DNA of 62,916 nucleotides, filler included, from Choristocarpus tenellus KU-1152 (taxonomy: Eukaryota > Protista > Phaeophyceae), in NCBI GenBank assembly GCA_964200185.2. It is 12 parts of 12 records of this genome, joined end to end, with 100 filler letters (N's around TTAATTAATTAA, not from the genome) between each part and the next. Parts side by side here need not be neighbours in the genome. Positions count along the whole stretch, not along the records: positions 49,389 to 55,793 come from CAXNAD020008204.1; positions 55,894 to 59,584 come from CAXNAD020018495.1; positions 59,685 to 62,916 come from CAXNAD020021373.1; 9 more parts are not named here. One strand, written 5' to 3'. Position 1 is the first letter of the stretch; each line of letters opens with the position of its first letter. Shown piece by piece: positions 51,692 to 62,916 of this stretch. Position numbers and translations under genes: made by a program. The notes under the pieces were generated by a model. The model did no database searches. It saw only the letters and a list, made by a program, of their open reading frames with translations, and had not been told where the DNA came from.

Positions 51692-52346
51692 TTCCTTTTT
51701 TTTGTGGGGGGGGCGGGGGGGTTTTGTGGGGGGGCTCTNNNNNNNNNNTGGCTTCACCCCCCTTTTTTTTTTCCCCCCCCCCCCCCCCCACTACCTCCCT
51801 TACCCCGCATCCTCTGTTTGGTGTGTTAGGGAGGAGACCTTGAGGTTAATGCACTGGACACTTTCCTAGCCTCATCAATAAATGCGGAACCAAAACGGGC
51901 AGGTGTTGCAGATGTAACTGTGACCACAAAAAGCTTGAGGCCAGTCCTGGTAAACCTGAAGGGATATCCGCTGGCTTCCTTTGGCACTATTAGCTACTTC
52001 CTTGTGGTCATGGAGGAAGTGCACCCCCCTGGAGGCAATGGGCTTGTCACCCAACCAGGTAAGGATGGGTTGTCGGGTTCGTTATTTTGGTTTTGACTTC
52101 TGGGGTTTGTGACAAAATTGTTACAGCGTTGTGTACAGGTTTGAATTGGTCGTCAAGTCTTGGAGTGCGTGCATTGTATATATGTCATATACCTTGTATG
52201 CATGATAATACATATATACCTAGTTTAAACACTTTGCGCTGTTCTTGTGTGTCTTAGTGTCTATTTTTCTTACTTGATTGTGTGCCTTGTGTGGAATGTA
52301 CTCCGGAAATACTCTCACAGGTATGCAGATGTACAACATCGTGTGA
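50186..52346 (+). CDS. bHLH-PAS transcription factor of the RITMO1/bHLH1a type, 3' four exons (50186-50389, 51127-51276, 51830-52058, 52321-52346); bHLH part not seen
   Basis: LMCRWMMRTENAAQCGA..GMLKAKFS..LEFVYDVMSFMQQLQRA..VVPNT, then a PAS domain (VICLAEPPHCI..WSMLMGYTAEEARG..LSLLKG..YPL..ISYFLVVME). GT-AG joins in phase; ends GMQMYNIV*. Confidence 0.8.
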
Positions 52347-55300
52347 TGTCTGGTAGCAGAGGGTTTATTTCAATCCCTCCTGACAACAGTGCTTTGAGGA
52401 GCTGCAGCCGTCGTCCAAGAAAGCTACCACTACTATAGACGGCAACACCATAATAAACAAGGGGAGGTCGTGGGTGGGGATTGAGGGGACGGGATGTACT
52501 AATTGAAATATTGCTACTGGTTGTGGTCTTGTGTAGCATGTTTTTTGGGGGCAGGGAGCTTGATGGTGTAGGGGGCTGAGCTGTGTGAGGTGAGGAGTAA
52601 GCTCTATTATCCATTTCCGATTTTAGTCCTTGTAAAGGTGGGCTTTGGTTTGTGGGTTGTGTGCTCTATTTGTTTCAAGACATGGTGGATCTTTTTATGG
52701 CTTATTTCTACCTCTTACTTGCAATGAAAGTAGATTATTATAGACAATCAGAAAAGAGCACCCCTTTTTTTCTTGAATAAATGGATGGGATCTGAAGCAT
52801 GAATCGATATATTTTTTTTGTGTCTGATGCTTTTGGGTTGGATAGTAAGGGATGTCATTTGAGGGGCATCATATTGCTCTTTGGAGCCTGTTCTAAGCCG
52901 ACGGGTTCCGGTGGTGCAGTAGTGAGGTGTATGTCTATTGAGAAGATTATATCTTTGCAAGTTGGGCATTGTGCATGTATCTACATTTATTTGAATTATG
53001 ATTTCTTCTGTGTTATGTGTGTGTTGTGTGTTGATTCTTGCATGTTACTGACTGCTGGGTATTATTCTTTCTATACTAGTGTGTGTTTTGGTTCATGAAG
53101 ATTTGTTTGACCTGAGTATGTGTGATATCATTCCCCATCGAGTGCATGGGTTATATTTGCACACTTATTTCATTAAAGGGTTGGAGAATTCTTGACAAGG
53201 GTAGTAGGTTGATGTTGGGTGGATGTCGTTAAGGTTAAACTTGGAGGACTCTACTGAAGGAGTGTCTGTACAAGAGCAAAAGCAGGTCAACCCCCGTGCG
53301 GGTGTGAGAAAAGCATGTGTACTTGTCATTAGGCAATGCACTGCACCACTGAGTTAGATTACTGACCCAGCACCATGCAGTAGCCAGTCAGTAGTGCACA
53401 ACTGCAGGTTATGATGGAAAGATGTTTATTAGAAGTGTTGAAAAAAACTATGGACTTCGAGCAACTGTTGACAATGAATGCACTGAAACATGCTTCATGG
53501 ATACCATGCCTTCATTGAAAGAAATCCTAGCAGATGTTTTGAGTCAATTGATTGGGAGCTGTGGTGTGGAACAGGGCAGTGGATTGGGTTGTGAATGAAT
53601 GGAAGATGAAAAGGGATTATGTGGAGGATCTTGAGGTTGTGGTAAGAGATCGTTTTAGCTTATGCATGGATGTTTTTCCAGGGAGTGGAGAGGTGCTTTT
53701 GCTTTTGACTGATGGGCAGGCAGGTGATACATTGTAAAAAGCTCTGCCCATTTGTTAACTCAGACTTTGTTTGCTGACAAAATCTCAGATGCTTTAGTGT
53801 ATTTTCCCACTTTTCTATGTGCTTTGGATCACCTTGGTCCTTACCATCAAATGCGTGGAGTAGGTAGTGTGTAAGAAGTACAAGATGAAGCTAAGGTAGC
53901 AAGCAAGCACCAGGTGCGCTTTGCATGTTGAGTGAGGTGGTGAGGGTATTTCTTGCAAAGATGTTAAGGGTTTGAAGGGGAGGAGGATTTGATGGTTAAC
54001 TATGCAGCATAGCAATAACACTTTCTCTGGATGCAGGGTAGTGGGGTTAACCGCTTGAAGGTGGGATCAGAGATATGTTCAGGAACACTGGGAATATGGA
54101 AGGGGGTGAGGTAAGGGAGCTGGTGACACTGACGATTCATGACCAGAAGGGAAAGATTGCGAAATTGTTCCTTGGTGTGGAGCTGGGTATTACGTCGTCG
54201 TCCCCCATCTCCCCCCCCTTCCCCTACTTTAATGGCTAGTAAGCTGTATAATCATTGGGATAACATAACTTAGGTATCATTGGGGCTTGTCCATTAAACC
54301 GAATGACTCCACTTGGTCAGTCATGACCACAAATATAAATAATACATATTTTATGTGAAATATCCAAGTGCATCTTTTTAGTAGAATCTAAGAGGGCAGA
54401 AAAATGCTTGTTGGATATGGTATCCTACCAATTCAGCTCCTGCTACAGGTTTATTTCGTGCAACTGATATTTTGGGTGAGTACATCCCCTTCCCCTCAAC
54501 ATGTAATGCCAGTCACACCATGAACACCTGACGGAAATCTGACCAAATAAGACTTCACTAATCAGGTACATTGCTTTTTGTAAGCTGCAATTGAGCTTAC
54601 CCAAGTTTATGTGATACTTTAGATACGCATTGCCAGTCGATAGTTCCACTAAGTGACCAGCTTTTGGTGTTGCTTATGACAACAGTATCTGACATTAGTA
54701 ATAGGGTACTTAAATGTAATACAAGAACATGACAATTCAAGAACCACCTTCCTTTGTTGAGGTGGAAAACGAGTCTAATTAGCAGCAAACACTTGGTGCC
54801 TGTGGTATGGTATGCTGCGGGACTCCCGTGTACCCTGTTAAAAATATGTTCTGACCCCTCATACTATGCGCACGTACGTACTGTGGAGAGAGAGGCAAGA
54901 GAGGTACATGTGAGAACCGAGCATGTATTGTGTAATCAGTGTGTATCTTGGTGGCATAGGAAGCCAATCGCTATGCGCCATGCAAACAATATCAAGAGAT
55001 GATTTCTTTTGTCATTTTCTCTCTGCTCTGTACCCTCTCTCTCTCTCTCTCTGCACTCTCTGTAGGTTACGCAGTGTGGCAGCTTGGTTTGGGCATCCTC
55101 CCAATCCCTGCAATGCTTTGTCTGCGATTAATACTGAACACCATTTGAACAGGATTGTTTGTTTATAAAGTAGGATGGCACATCACTTTGCTCCGAGCCT
55201 CCAAGCATTGGAGGAGTATACCAATTGCCTACGAATTTGTCATCTGCTCCAAGCACCTCACTTGACATATAATATATGCAACTCCATATGGTATGTACTT

Positions 55301-55893
55301 ATTGTTTAAAAAAGGCTCAACTACTAGTAACAGCTGATCATCAAAATTGAGGATGGAGCTTTTTATTGAGGATGAGCAAGACGCGGATTGGTGTGCAGAA
55401 AGTGCACATATATTTTTTTTAATGTTGCGGCACTTTTGGAAGGCCCCGCTACTATGAAGGTGGTAGTAGGACAATATGTGGGGGGGAGGCAACGATTTCG
55501 TTTGATCGTCGTGTACATGTATGCCCTGCGTTGGCTTGCTTGCTTGCTTGAATAATTAGTGCGGTCGGTTGAGTCGTTTGACTGTCGATGGTGGAGGTGG
55601 TAGAAAAAAATAGTACTTCGAAGTAGTTTTTTTCGGGGCGGCGTCTCATTGTCATTATGGATGACTGACTGACTGAGAAGAAGTGTTATTTTACCACATT
55701 ATTAATTTGTTTATTTTTTATTGCTATCGTCGCAAAGTAAAAGAAGAAGCTACCACTGAGCGCATACAAGTATTGACATTATATGATGATCGANNNNNNN
55801 NNNNNNNNNNNNNNNNNNNNNNNNNNNNNNNNNNNNNTTAATTAATTAANNNNNNNNNNNNNNNNNNNNNNNNNNNNNNNNNNNNNNNNNNNN

Positions 55894-55992
55894 AACGCCC
55901 CGAGCGAAGTCAAGCCCCAAATGGACAAACAGGGCAAAACTCGTACCCTCTAAGATACTTTCACTCCCATCCCCCCCCAGACACTTTGAGCC
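55894..55992. mobile_element. Right end of a poly-G-TIR element (variant interior); related fragments at ~43515-43575 and ~58585-58627
   Basis: aaatggacaaacagggcaaaactcgtaccctctaagat..CCCCCCAGACACTTTGAGCC. Confidence 0.7.
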
Positions 55993-56072
55993 TTTTCTGG
56001 CAAAGAACCACAGGTGCTTATCTCACCCTGGTCTCTCTTTCCCTATGCGTGCCTCTACTCTTCCACCTCTAG

Positions 56073-58165
56073 GGCATTATTTAGAGTGTTTGCGGACCCC
56101 TTTTCCCGCTTGGGATCCTCCTGTGCTGTTCCAGTGACGTTTTGGCCATTGCCAGATAGTCAAGGTGCAGGCGGGAAGGGCAGATGTGCCATGGGTATGC
56201 CTGAATTCATGAGGTTTTGCCGCCGGGCGAGAGTCGTTAAAAGAGGAGGAAGCCCTGGAAGGGAGCACCTCTCAAGGGGTAAGGTAAGAGTCTGTTGTGA
56301 GGAGGGCAGAGTGATAGAGTTGACTGTCGTGTTTTCGACATAAAATATCTCTAAGTGTAGGCACTGGAGTATATATTCTTGCAGATTCAAATTGACCAAA
56401 TAAGTTCACCGTGGCCTCTCCCTGATAAATGTACTAGTATACTTGTTGCGAGGAAGTCCTGAGTCCCTCTTTCCTCCCCCCCCCATCGCCTTTCACATGT
56501 TGTCCTCGATGTCATCCACAATGTGGTCTCACAGCCATTGACTCCTGTCGCAATCTCCTCCATTTTTGGAGACGCTGCCCAGGGAGTCACAGCAACAAAT
56601 ACACCACTACCAAAACATTTCATTCTGGGGAATAAAACACCTAGGAAATTTGTGCCACCGCACCAGACAGGTTCACTGCTGAGCAGATGCCCCCCTGGGA
56701 AAAAATATCTTGAAGTCAAGGTTATGACTGGCGACCAGGGGACAGTGTCTGTTCCTACCCCAGGGTGGACCCAGCAGCAGAGAGAGGCATCCGGACCCCA
56801 CCTGTTCTTCACTGAGTTCTGTTCTGCAGTCTCGGGGGTGGCTCTATTGATGTATCCTGATGAAGCAGTGAAACAAAGCGATCGAAATTGTCCTGAGAGC
56901 AAGGTCGAATTCAGGTTGAGGGAAGCAGCGCTTAGGGCCCTGGTAAAACACAACCTGACTCCACTTGCTAAGGTTGGTAGGTATTGATAGTGATACGATT
57001 TGGGCTCCAAGGCAGTTACAGTATATAGTAAGAAGGGTTGTGTGTATGTGTGTGTGTGTGTAAATGGGTCTTTCTAACTTGTGGAGGAGAGGAGACGTCT
57101 TACCTACTTGACCTCTAGATGGTGACCTCTGATGATGACATTTGTTGGTTATGTACAGGGTAGCTGTTAAGTGACACATATGAAGACATGTCCATGTGTA
57201 CCAAGCAGCTCATTTTGAGCTCATTTTTCTTCACAATTGATGTTGTCAAGTGGACATATCTCAGATCGAATCATCTGGGACAGGTTCTAACCAAACTTGT
57301 CCCTGTTATTCTCTAGTTATTCTCTAGTCATTCTCCAGTTATTCTCTAGCTGTTCTCTAGTTGTTCTTCAGTTATTCTCTAGTTGTTCTCTAGATATTCT
57401 TTAGTTATTCTCTAGTTATTCTCTACATATTCGCTAGTTATTCTTCAGTTATTCTCTAGATGTTCTCTAGTTATTCTTCACTCATTCTATAATTATTCTA
57501 TACATGAATGCGCGAGATACTTGGGGTGGAGTAATCTGATTGAAGAGTGCAATTTGGGCCACTGTACTACCTTCTTTTTTTTCTTCTTTTTTGATGGTGG
57601 TAACGCCTAACCAAGTAGGAAGGCCAAGTATATAGCCGAAGCCTGTAACAAGTGTAGCCCACACCATCATCACCCGGACCGAAAGGAACCCATGCGTAGA
57701 CAAAAGATTGCCGTGCCTACGCTTCACCTCACCAATAAAATATTGCTACTGTGGATTTCTCAGTGGAAAATTTATGTGCCATTCTACGATTGGTGATTGG
57801 TTGTGTCATTAGTACCACTTTCTTCTTCTCCTTCTTCGCCTTGGCTCCAGCAAGTCATGGCAGCACTTTCTGAGTGCTTTCAATAGTTCAGAGTAGTAAA
57901 TTATAACTATGATAGCATTTACAGTGCGATTTACACACATGGGGTGTTTTTTGCCTGTGCTGGAAGTGGGTGATGCCTTAGCAAGCTAGTGCAGTTTTTT
58001 GTTTTGTAATCTTACACATGTACTTGTCTGTGACGGGTCCCTCACTGTCTCTTTCCTCTGCAGGAAATGGCGTCACAGCAGATGGCCAGCAGCGAGATGG
58101 AGGCAAGGGAAACGTTAGCCCTCCTAGACCCTACTGTCACAAAGGCACTTGCCACAAATTCCAAG
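56073..58165 (+). CDS. Internal exons (56073-56283, 56535-56972, 58064-58165) of a protein with a p25alpha/TPPP- or EF-hand-like helical domain
   Basis: Phase-0 GT-AG joins. MGMPEFMRFCRRARVV..LTPVAISSIF..LFFTEFCSAVSGVALLMYP follows the pattern F.kfc.d..l / lt..dv..iF / l.f.eF..al..iA...yp. Confidence 0.6.
57305..57501. repeat. 11-bp intronic minisatellite (GTTATTCTCTA, ~18 copies)
   Basis: Direct reading. Confidence 0.95.
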
Positions 58166-59547
58166 GTAAATAGATCCTTGATAACGCCACTAGTATGACC
58201 CAATGCTTGCATCAACTGTCCCCTATGGAGTACTTCCCGTGTTTGAAAATTACTAGAGTAAAACAAGATTATAGCTGCAATCTTGGACCCCACCAACTGC
58301 CATCACTTCCCTGTGTTGCATCCATCTCTAGGATGGCCTGAGGCCTTACTCCACCTGCAGCAATGACACATAGTATACTAGAGGGGGGGTCAGATGTCCA
58401 TCTGGGGGCCTGTGTGAACCTATAGTAATTTTCATGCCATCTGGGGTGAACATGTCAGATGTAAGGGCAATTTCCTTCATCTGAAGGTACCGCCCTTTTC
58501 CACCCCCCTGCCTGAACCGAATCCGAGGCAAATCAGTCGCAAAGCGGGCATCAAACTGGTGTATCTTACAACACTTCATCAAACCCCGAATGGACAACAG
58601 GGGCTAAACACTCCCCCCTCTAAGATGCTATGGGTCAATCATGTAAATGATCCCCATACTGTGTACTGTGTATATTCTTTGTCTGAGGGAGACTGATTGT
58701 TTTGACTGTTGAATTCAGAATGTTCGAACTGTAGTCTTCACTCATTCCTGGCACACTGTTGAGAGCAGTAATACAAGTGACGCTTGGTTAGAGCCCTTCC
58801 GATCATAGTGCTAGCGTTTGTTCTCGTCTTTACAAACCCTACCAGGTGCAAATGGCCTTGAGAAACTAGGGATGTGATCTCTATCAGTTGCATTGGGTAA
58901 CTGTCAGGACTATGAGCCTCAACTATTATGCCCTTGAACCAACATTGTATCGTGCTCCTATTCTGATCCAACTGGATATTTTGTTTTACCCTGGGAACGA
59001 AGGAAGCACTGTGGCTCTAAAAATGTTAAATTATTCTTTCTGCAGTACTCCCGTTTTTTGCACTTCACATAATTATTCTCATCCACTGGAACTGCATAGC
59101 GAATCTTATTTGGCTGTCATCTGTGCATCCTGAACGAACTATTGCCTGTCAATCACTCACCTTCACCCCACGACTTCCCCCCAAGTCAAATAGTACAGGG
59201 GTCAGCCACTTCTTGAGAGAGCATGGCCATGCGGCACAAAAACGTTTCTCATCTTTTTTAATTGGGGTGGAGATTATTTCACAGACAGTACGTTTGGAAG
59301 CGCTGACCGAGTCTTTTGAGAACAGACAATGGTACTGAATTGCAGTCCTCCTGGAGTGTTTCAAATATATGGGTATGTGCTTCCCTGAACTTCAAAGACC
59401 ATATAATTGATGCCGATGTCACCACCCCAGTTAGGTATTTCAGACATAGGGGGGTTGCGGTTAGGTGCCAAGACCATTATTATTCTAATTAGTAATGCTG
59501 TTGTTATTCAATTTATTGTCGTTCTAACTGTTATTGTTCTAATATAT

Positions 59548-59584
59548 GACCCAAAGTATCTGGGGGAGGGGGGGGGGTCTACAC
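59548..59584. mobile_element. Poly-G MITE end at contig edge
   Basis: GACCCAAAGTATCTGGGGGAGGGGGGGGGGTCTACAC. Confidence 0.8.
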
Positions 59585-60633
59585 NNNNNNNNNNNNNNNN
59601 NNNNNNNNNNNNNNNNNNNNNNNNNNNNTTAATTAATTAANNNNNNNNNNNNNNNNNNNNNNNNNNNNNNNNNNNNNNNNNNNNGAGGGAGAGGAGCGGG
59701 AGAATATGGCAGGAAATGAGTAGTTAAATCCAGGCTACGCCAAATTGTTTCGGTGACTACGCAAGTGGCATTATCTTGACGTGTCATGTGCTTCAAACTA
59801 GAGTCACTGGGGAGAGGGTGGGGAGATGGGCACGGAGGGGTCTGTTGGATTCTTGGGATGCCTCCCTAGTTCCCACCCCCGTAGCACAGGAGTAGGTAGA
59901 TGGGAAGCAAAGGAAGACAGTAGTACAATATTTGATATTGGTGAAGCAACTGATAGATTAGCGGTTTCCACACTACAATGTTTTATAGTGTTCTTATGTT
60001 TAGGATATTTTATTTCTTTAGGGCTAATAACGACATATTATGTATAATTTTCATTGGTTTCCTCCCCCCTGACACATCTGCAAAATATCAGAGGGCATAA
60101 TAATAAATATATATATATGTATAATACAACAAAGTGTACTACTCATGAAACGACATTGACCATACTGCCCTTCTTCCTTGATATGATTCTTGGCATATAA
60201 CTCATTGTTCATTGTTCAGTTAAGGTTTCCCACTTCCATCCCCAAGTTTGGATGCCTCCTCTCGGTAGCGATGATAGGGGAGTCCTATTGGCTGTTGTTC
60301 ATGCAGACCATCTGGACGTGTTGGATTCATCTGGTGCATCAACAGCATACTTTTTGGATGATGCCAATCTTGACACTGGAGGGGGCGTACCCCTCTCTAA
60401 CTTTTGCTTTTCGGTCCTCGTTGGATCCTCAGGGGTGGCTTACTCGGCTACCGAGGTGTGCACATCTCTGAGTTTGTAGGTTGTAGATTGCTCCAGTATA
60501 TACAGTTCGTCTCTACATATACCCCATCCATTCAAGTCAAGTTCAAGAACGATAGTTGTGGGCCGACCCTGTTTGTATGCCTTGTTTCTTTCCTCGCAAC
60601 AAGTACCATACCTTTCTCTGTCTATGCTGACAG

Positions 60634-60747
60634 GTTGGATGCGGCTGTGGGGATGAGAGAAGCCACCTCCATGCCCATATAAAGATTGGCGATGAGTGCA
60701 GTAACGGACACACCACCTTGTCCCCCAGTCTCTCAGTGAAGTTTTTG
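60634..60747 (+). CDS. Probable upstream Cys/His-rich exon of the Cys-repeat gene
   Basis: cag|VGCGCGDERSHLHAHIKIGDECSNGHTTLSPSLSVKFL|gtaaga; 114 nt, phase 0. Confidence 0.55.
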
Positions 60748-61407
60748 GTAAGATGCCACACCACTAATCATATACCTGCCGGTAAACCCCGCACTTTCCC
60801 GTTCCTTTGTCTGATTTTTTTCGTCAGCTCGAGTATTGCACAATCTCGTCACTAATAGCAGAGAGCAGGCTAATCTGTAGTATTTTTTTTTTTGCACAAG
60901 TGAGGTTCATCTGTCGAAGGAAGTCCACCACCCATCCATCTCAAGAGATTTACCTTTCCGTGCGGTGCTGTGAATTTGGTGGGCATCTGCAGCGTGGGTT
61001 GGACACTCTCAATCTTACTCAATTATAACCACTATCAGTAACGTGACTACTTCGCCGCAACCCCAAAAACTTGTGATGTTCAATATGTGTCCTTTCACAC
61101 CCCCTGTCACTTTCGTACGTCCGAATAGGGCCCCACTGTCGCTTTTCACCCAGTGAAGGCGACCTTGCAGTAATAACGTCGTTTCAATGCTTGCTCTTTC
61201 CGAGAGTTCTCAATGTTAACGTATCTACATTATCGTCTACTTATGTTCTTGTCACGGTCACTCTTAAGGTCGTGTGAAGCAGGATTTCCAGCACACTCAA
61301 TGTTGTTCTATTCCTTCCACTTTTATAGTTGCTTTACTGCAACCCACATTGCTTGTCATGTCTGGTACATTTCCACTCGCACCCTCCAAAACACTTGAGA
61401 CACCCAG

Positions 61408-62916
61408 GCTGGAGACGGATTGAATACTTGCCCTGGCTTTGTGGCAGCCTCAGCAGGATCACTGGATCCGTGCAACTGCAAGCAGGCGAACTTGCAGCTC
61501 AAGCCTGCTCCCAAGGGAAATGACTACCAAACGGAGGTGTCTGTGTGTGCCCACAACTGTATTCCTCACCACCATGCTGGCGTTGTTACTGAGGGAGGCA
61601 GTTGCAACAAGCGTAATAGCTTCAGTGGGGGTGATCTGAAAACGGTCAAATATGCCAGCAACACTGTATCCAACACTCAAGGTAGTGACTGTGGCATAGT
61701 GCAAAGGAAGGGTGGGTGCTGCTCCAAGGAACCAGAGCAGTCACCCAAGGTTTGGGGTGTGCTTTCTACTGCAAGGGTGAGTGATGATGAGACCAAGGTT
61801 GATGATGCGCATAAGGTTGGGTGCTGCTCCAAGAGTTCAGACCAGACATCTAAACTCTGTGGTAAACTTTCAACTACAAAGGTCTGTAATGGTGAGACCA
61901 AGGTTTACAAGGATATTGTTGTTACTAAGGGGGGCTGTGGCAAGAAGTGTGATGGATGCTGTGGTGGGGATGATCTTTGTACACTCAAGGACACCAGCAA
62001 CACTGTGTCCAACACTCAAGGTAGAGACCGTGGCATAGTGCAAAGGAAGGGTGGGTGCTGCTCCAAGGACCCAGACCAATCACCTAAGGTTTGTGGTGTG
62101 TTTTCTACTGCAAAGGTGAATGATGATGAGACCAAGGTTGATGATGCGTGTAAGGTTGGGTGCTGCTCCAAGAGTTCAGACCAGTCACCTAAACTATGTG
62201 ATAAACTTTCAACCACAAAGGTCTGTGATAACAATGTCAAGGTGAAGGAGGATGTTACTGAGGGAGGCTGTGGCAAGGAGCGTAATAGATGTTGTAGTGA
62301 GGATGATGTTAGTATGGTCAAGGGCGCCAACAATATTGTGTCCGGCATTCAAGGTATTGACTATGGCATAGTGCAAAGGAAGGGTGGGTGCTGCTCCAAG
62401 GACCCAGACCAGTCACCTAAGGTTTGTGATGTGCTTTCTACTGCAAGGATGAGTGATGATGAGACCAAGGTTGATGATGCGTGCAAGGTTGGGTGCTGCT
62501 CCAAGAGTTCAGACCAGTCACCTAAACCGTGTGGTGCGCTTTCGACCACAAAGGTCCGTGATGATGGGGACAGGTTGAATAGGGATACCACATCTGACCC
62601 TGCTGTTCCTGTTGCTGATGCTCCAAAGTACCATTCCTGTTCTGATCATGGCAAGGGACTCGCTCATGGTGGAAGCAGTGGGTGTGGTGATGGCCACAAG
62701 ATAAACAGTATTAGTGCCAACAGTGCAAACATTGAGAGAAACTGTAGCACTCCAGTTGAACATGCCACCAAGTCCGTCCCTCGATCCAATTACACTAAGA
62801 TAGAGGAGATGAAGCCCACAACAGCTGGTGCCCTTACTGCCATCATCGATATGTCACACCCTTGCACCTCCCGTGATGGTGGGTCATGTGGCACGCATTG
62901 TTGCGACGATGACGAT
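61408..62916 (+). CDS. Large exon (at least 503 codons, open to window end) encoding Cys-Cys/His-rich hierarchical repeats; probable heavy-metal-binding region
   Basis: After the acceptor cccag|, frame +1 has no stop to 62916. Three ~111-113-aa units, each with KGGCCSK and KVGCCSK. Confidence 0.85.

Noticed and set aside
53200-54150. Possible non-LTR retroelement remnant
   Set aside because: Composition is suggestive but no motif is convincing.
60895-60980. Candidate middle exon of the Cys-repeat gene
   Set aside because: The best acceptor gives an immediate stop in phase 0 and the alternatives are weak; it cannot be modelled reliably.

Overview
This is not one locus. It is about 12 short eukaryotic contigs joined by artificial 100-nt linkers (44 N + TTAATTAATTAA + 44 N), so neighbourhood across linkers carries no information. 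The DNA is intron-rich, CpG-poor and full of decayed transposons. Gene content points to a brown alga or close ochrophyte relative (inference). Manual splicing gives: one complete NSRP1/CCDC55 gene; the 5' part of an MFSD13A/TMEM180-like transporter; exon 1 of a 6-phosphofructo-2-kinase; the 5' part of an algal-type mannitol-1-phosphate dehydrogenase; the 3' part of a RITMO1/bHLH1a-like bHLH-PAS factor; three exons of a p25alpha/EF-hand-like protein; and a 503-codon open frame missed by the ORF track that encodes hierarchical Cys-Cys repeats (probably metal-binding). Mobile DNA includes Ty1/copia and chromodomain Ty3/gypsy remnants, two LTR families, non-LTR RT remnants and a poly-G-TIR MITE family sitting at several contig ends. 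I found no CRISPR, rRNA, tRNA or prokaryote-type system. The best novelty candidates are the Cys-repeat protein, the MITE family and the CpG-island-like pattern. All homology calls come from motif recognition, not database searches.
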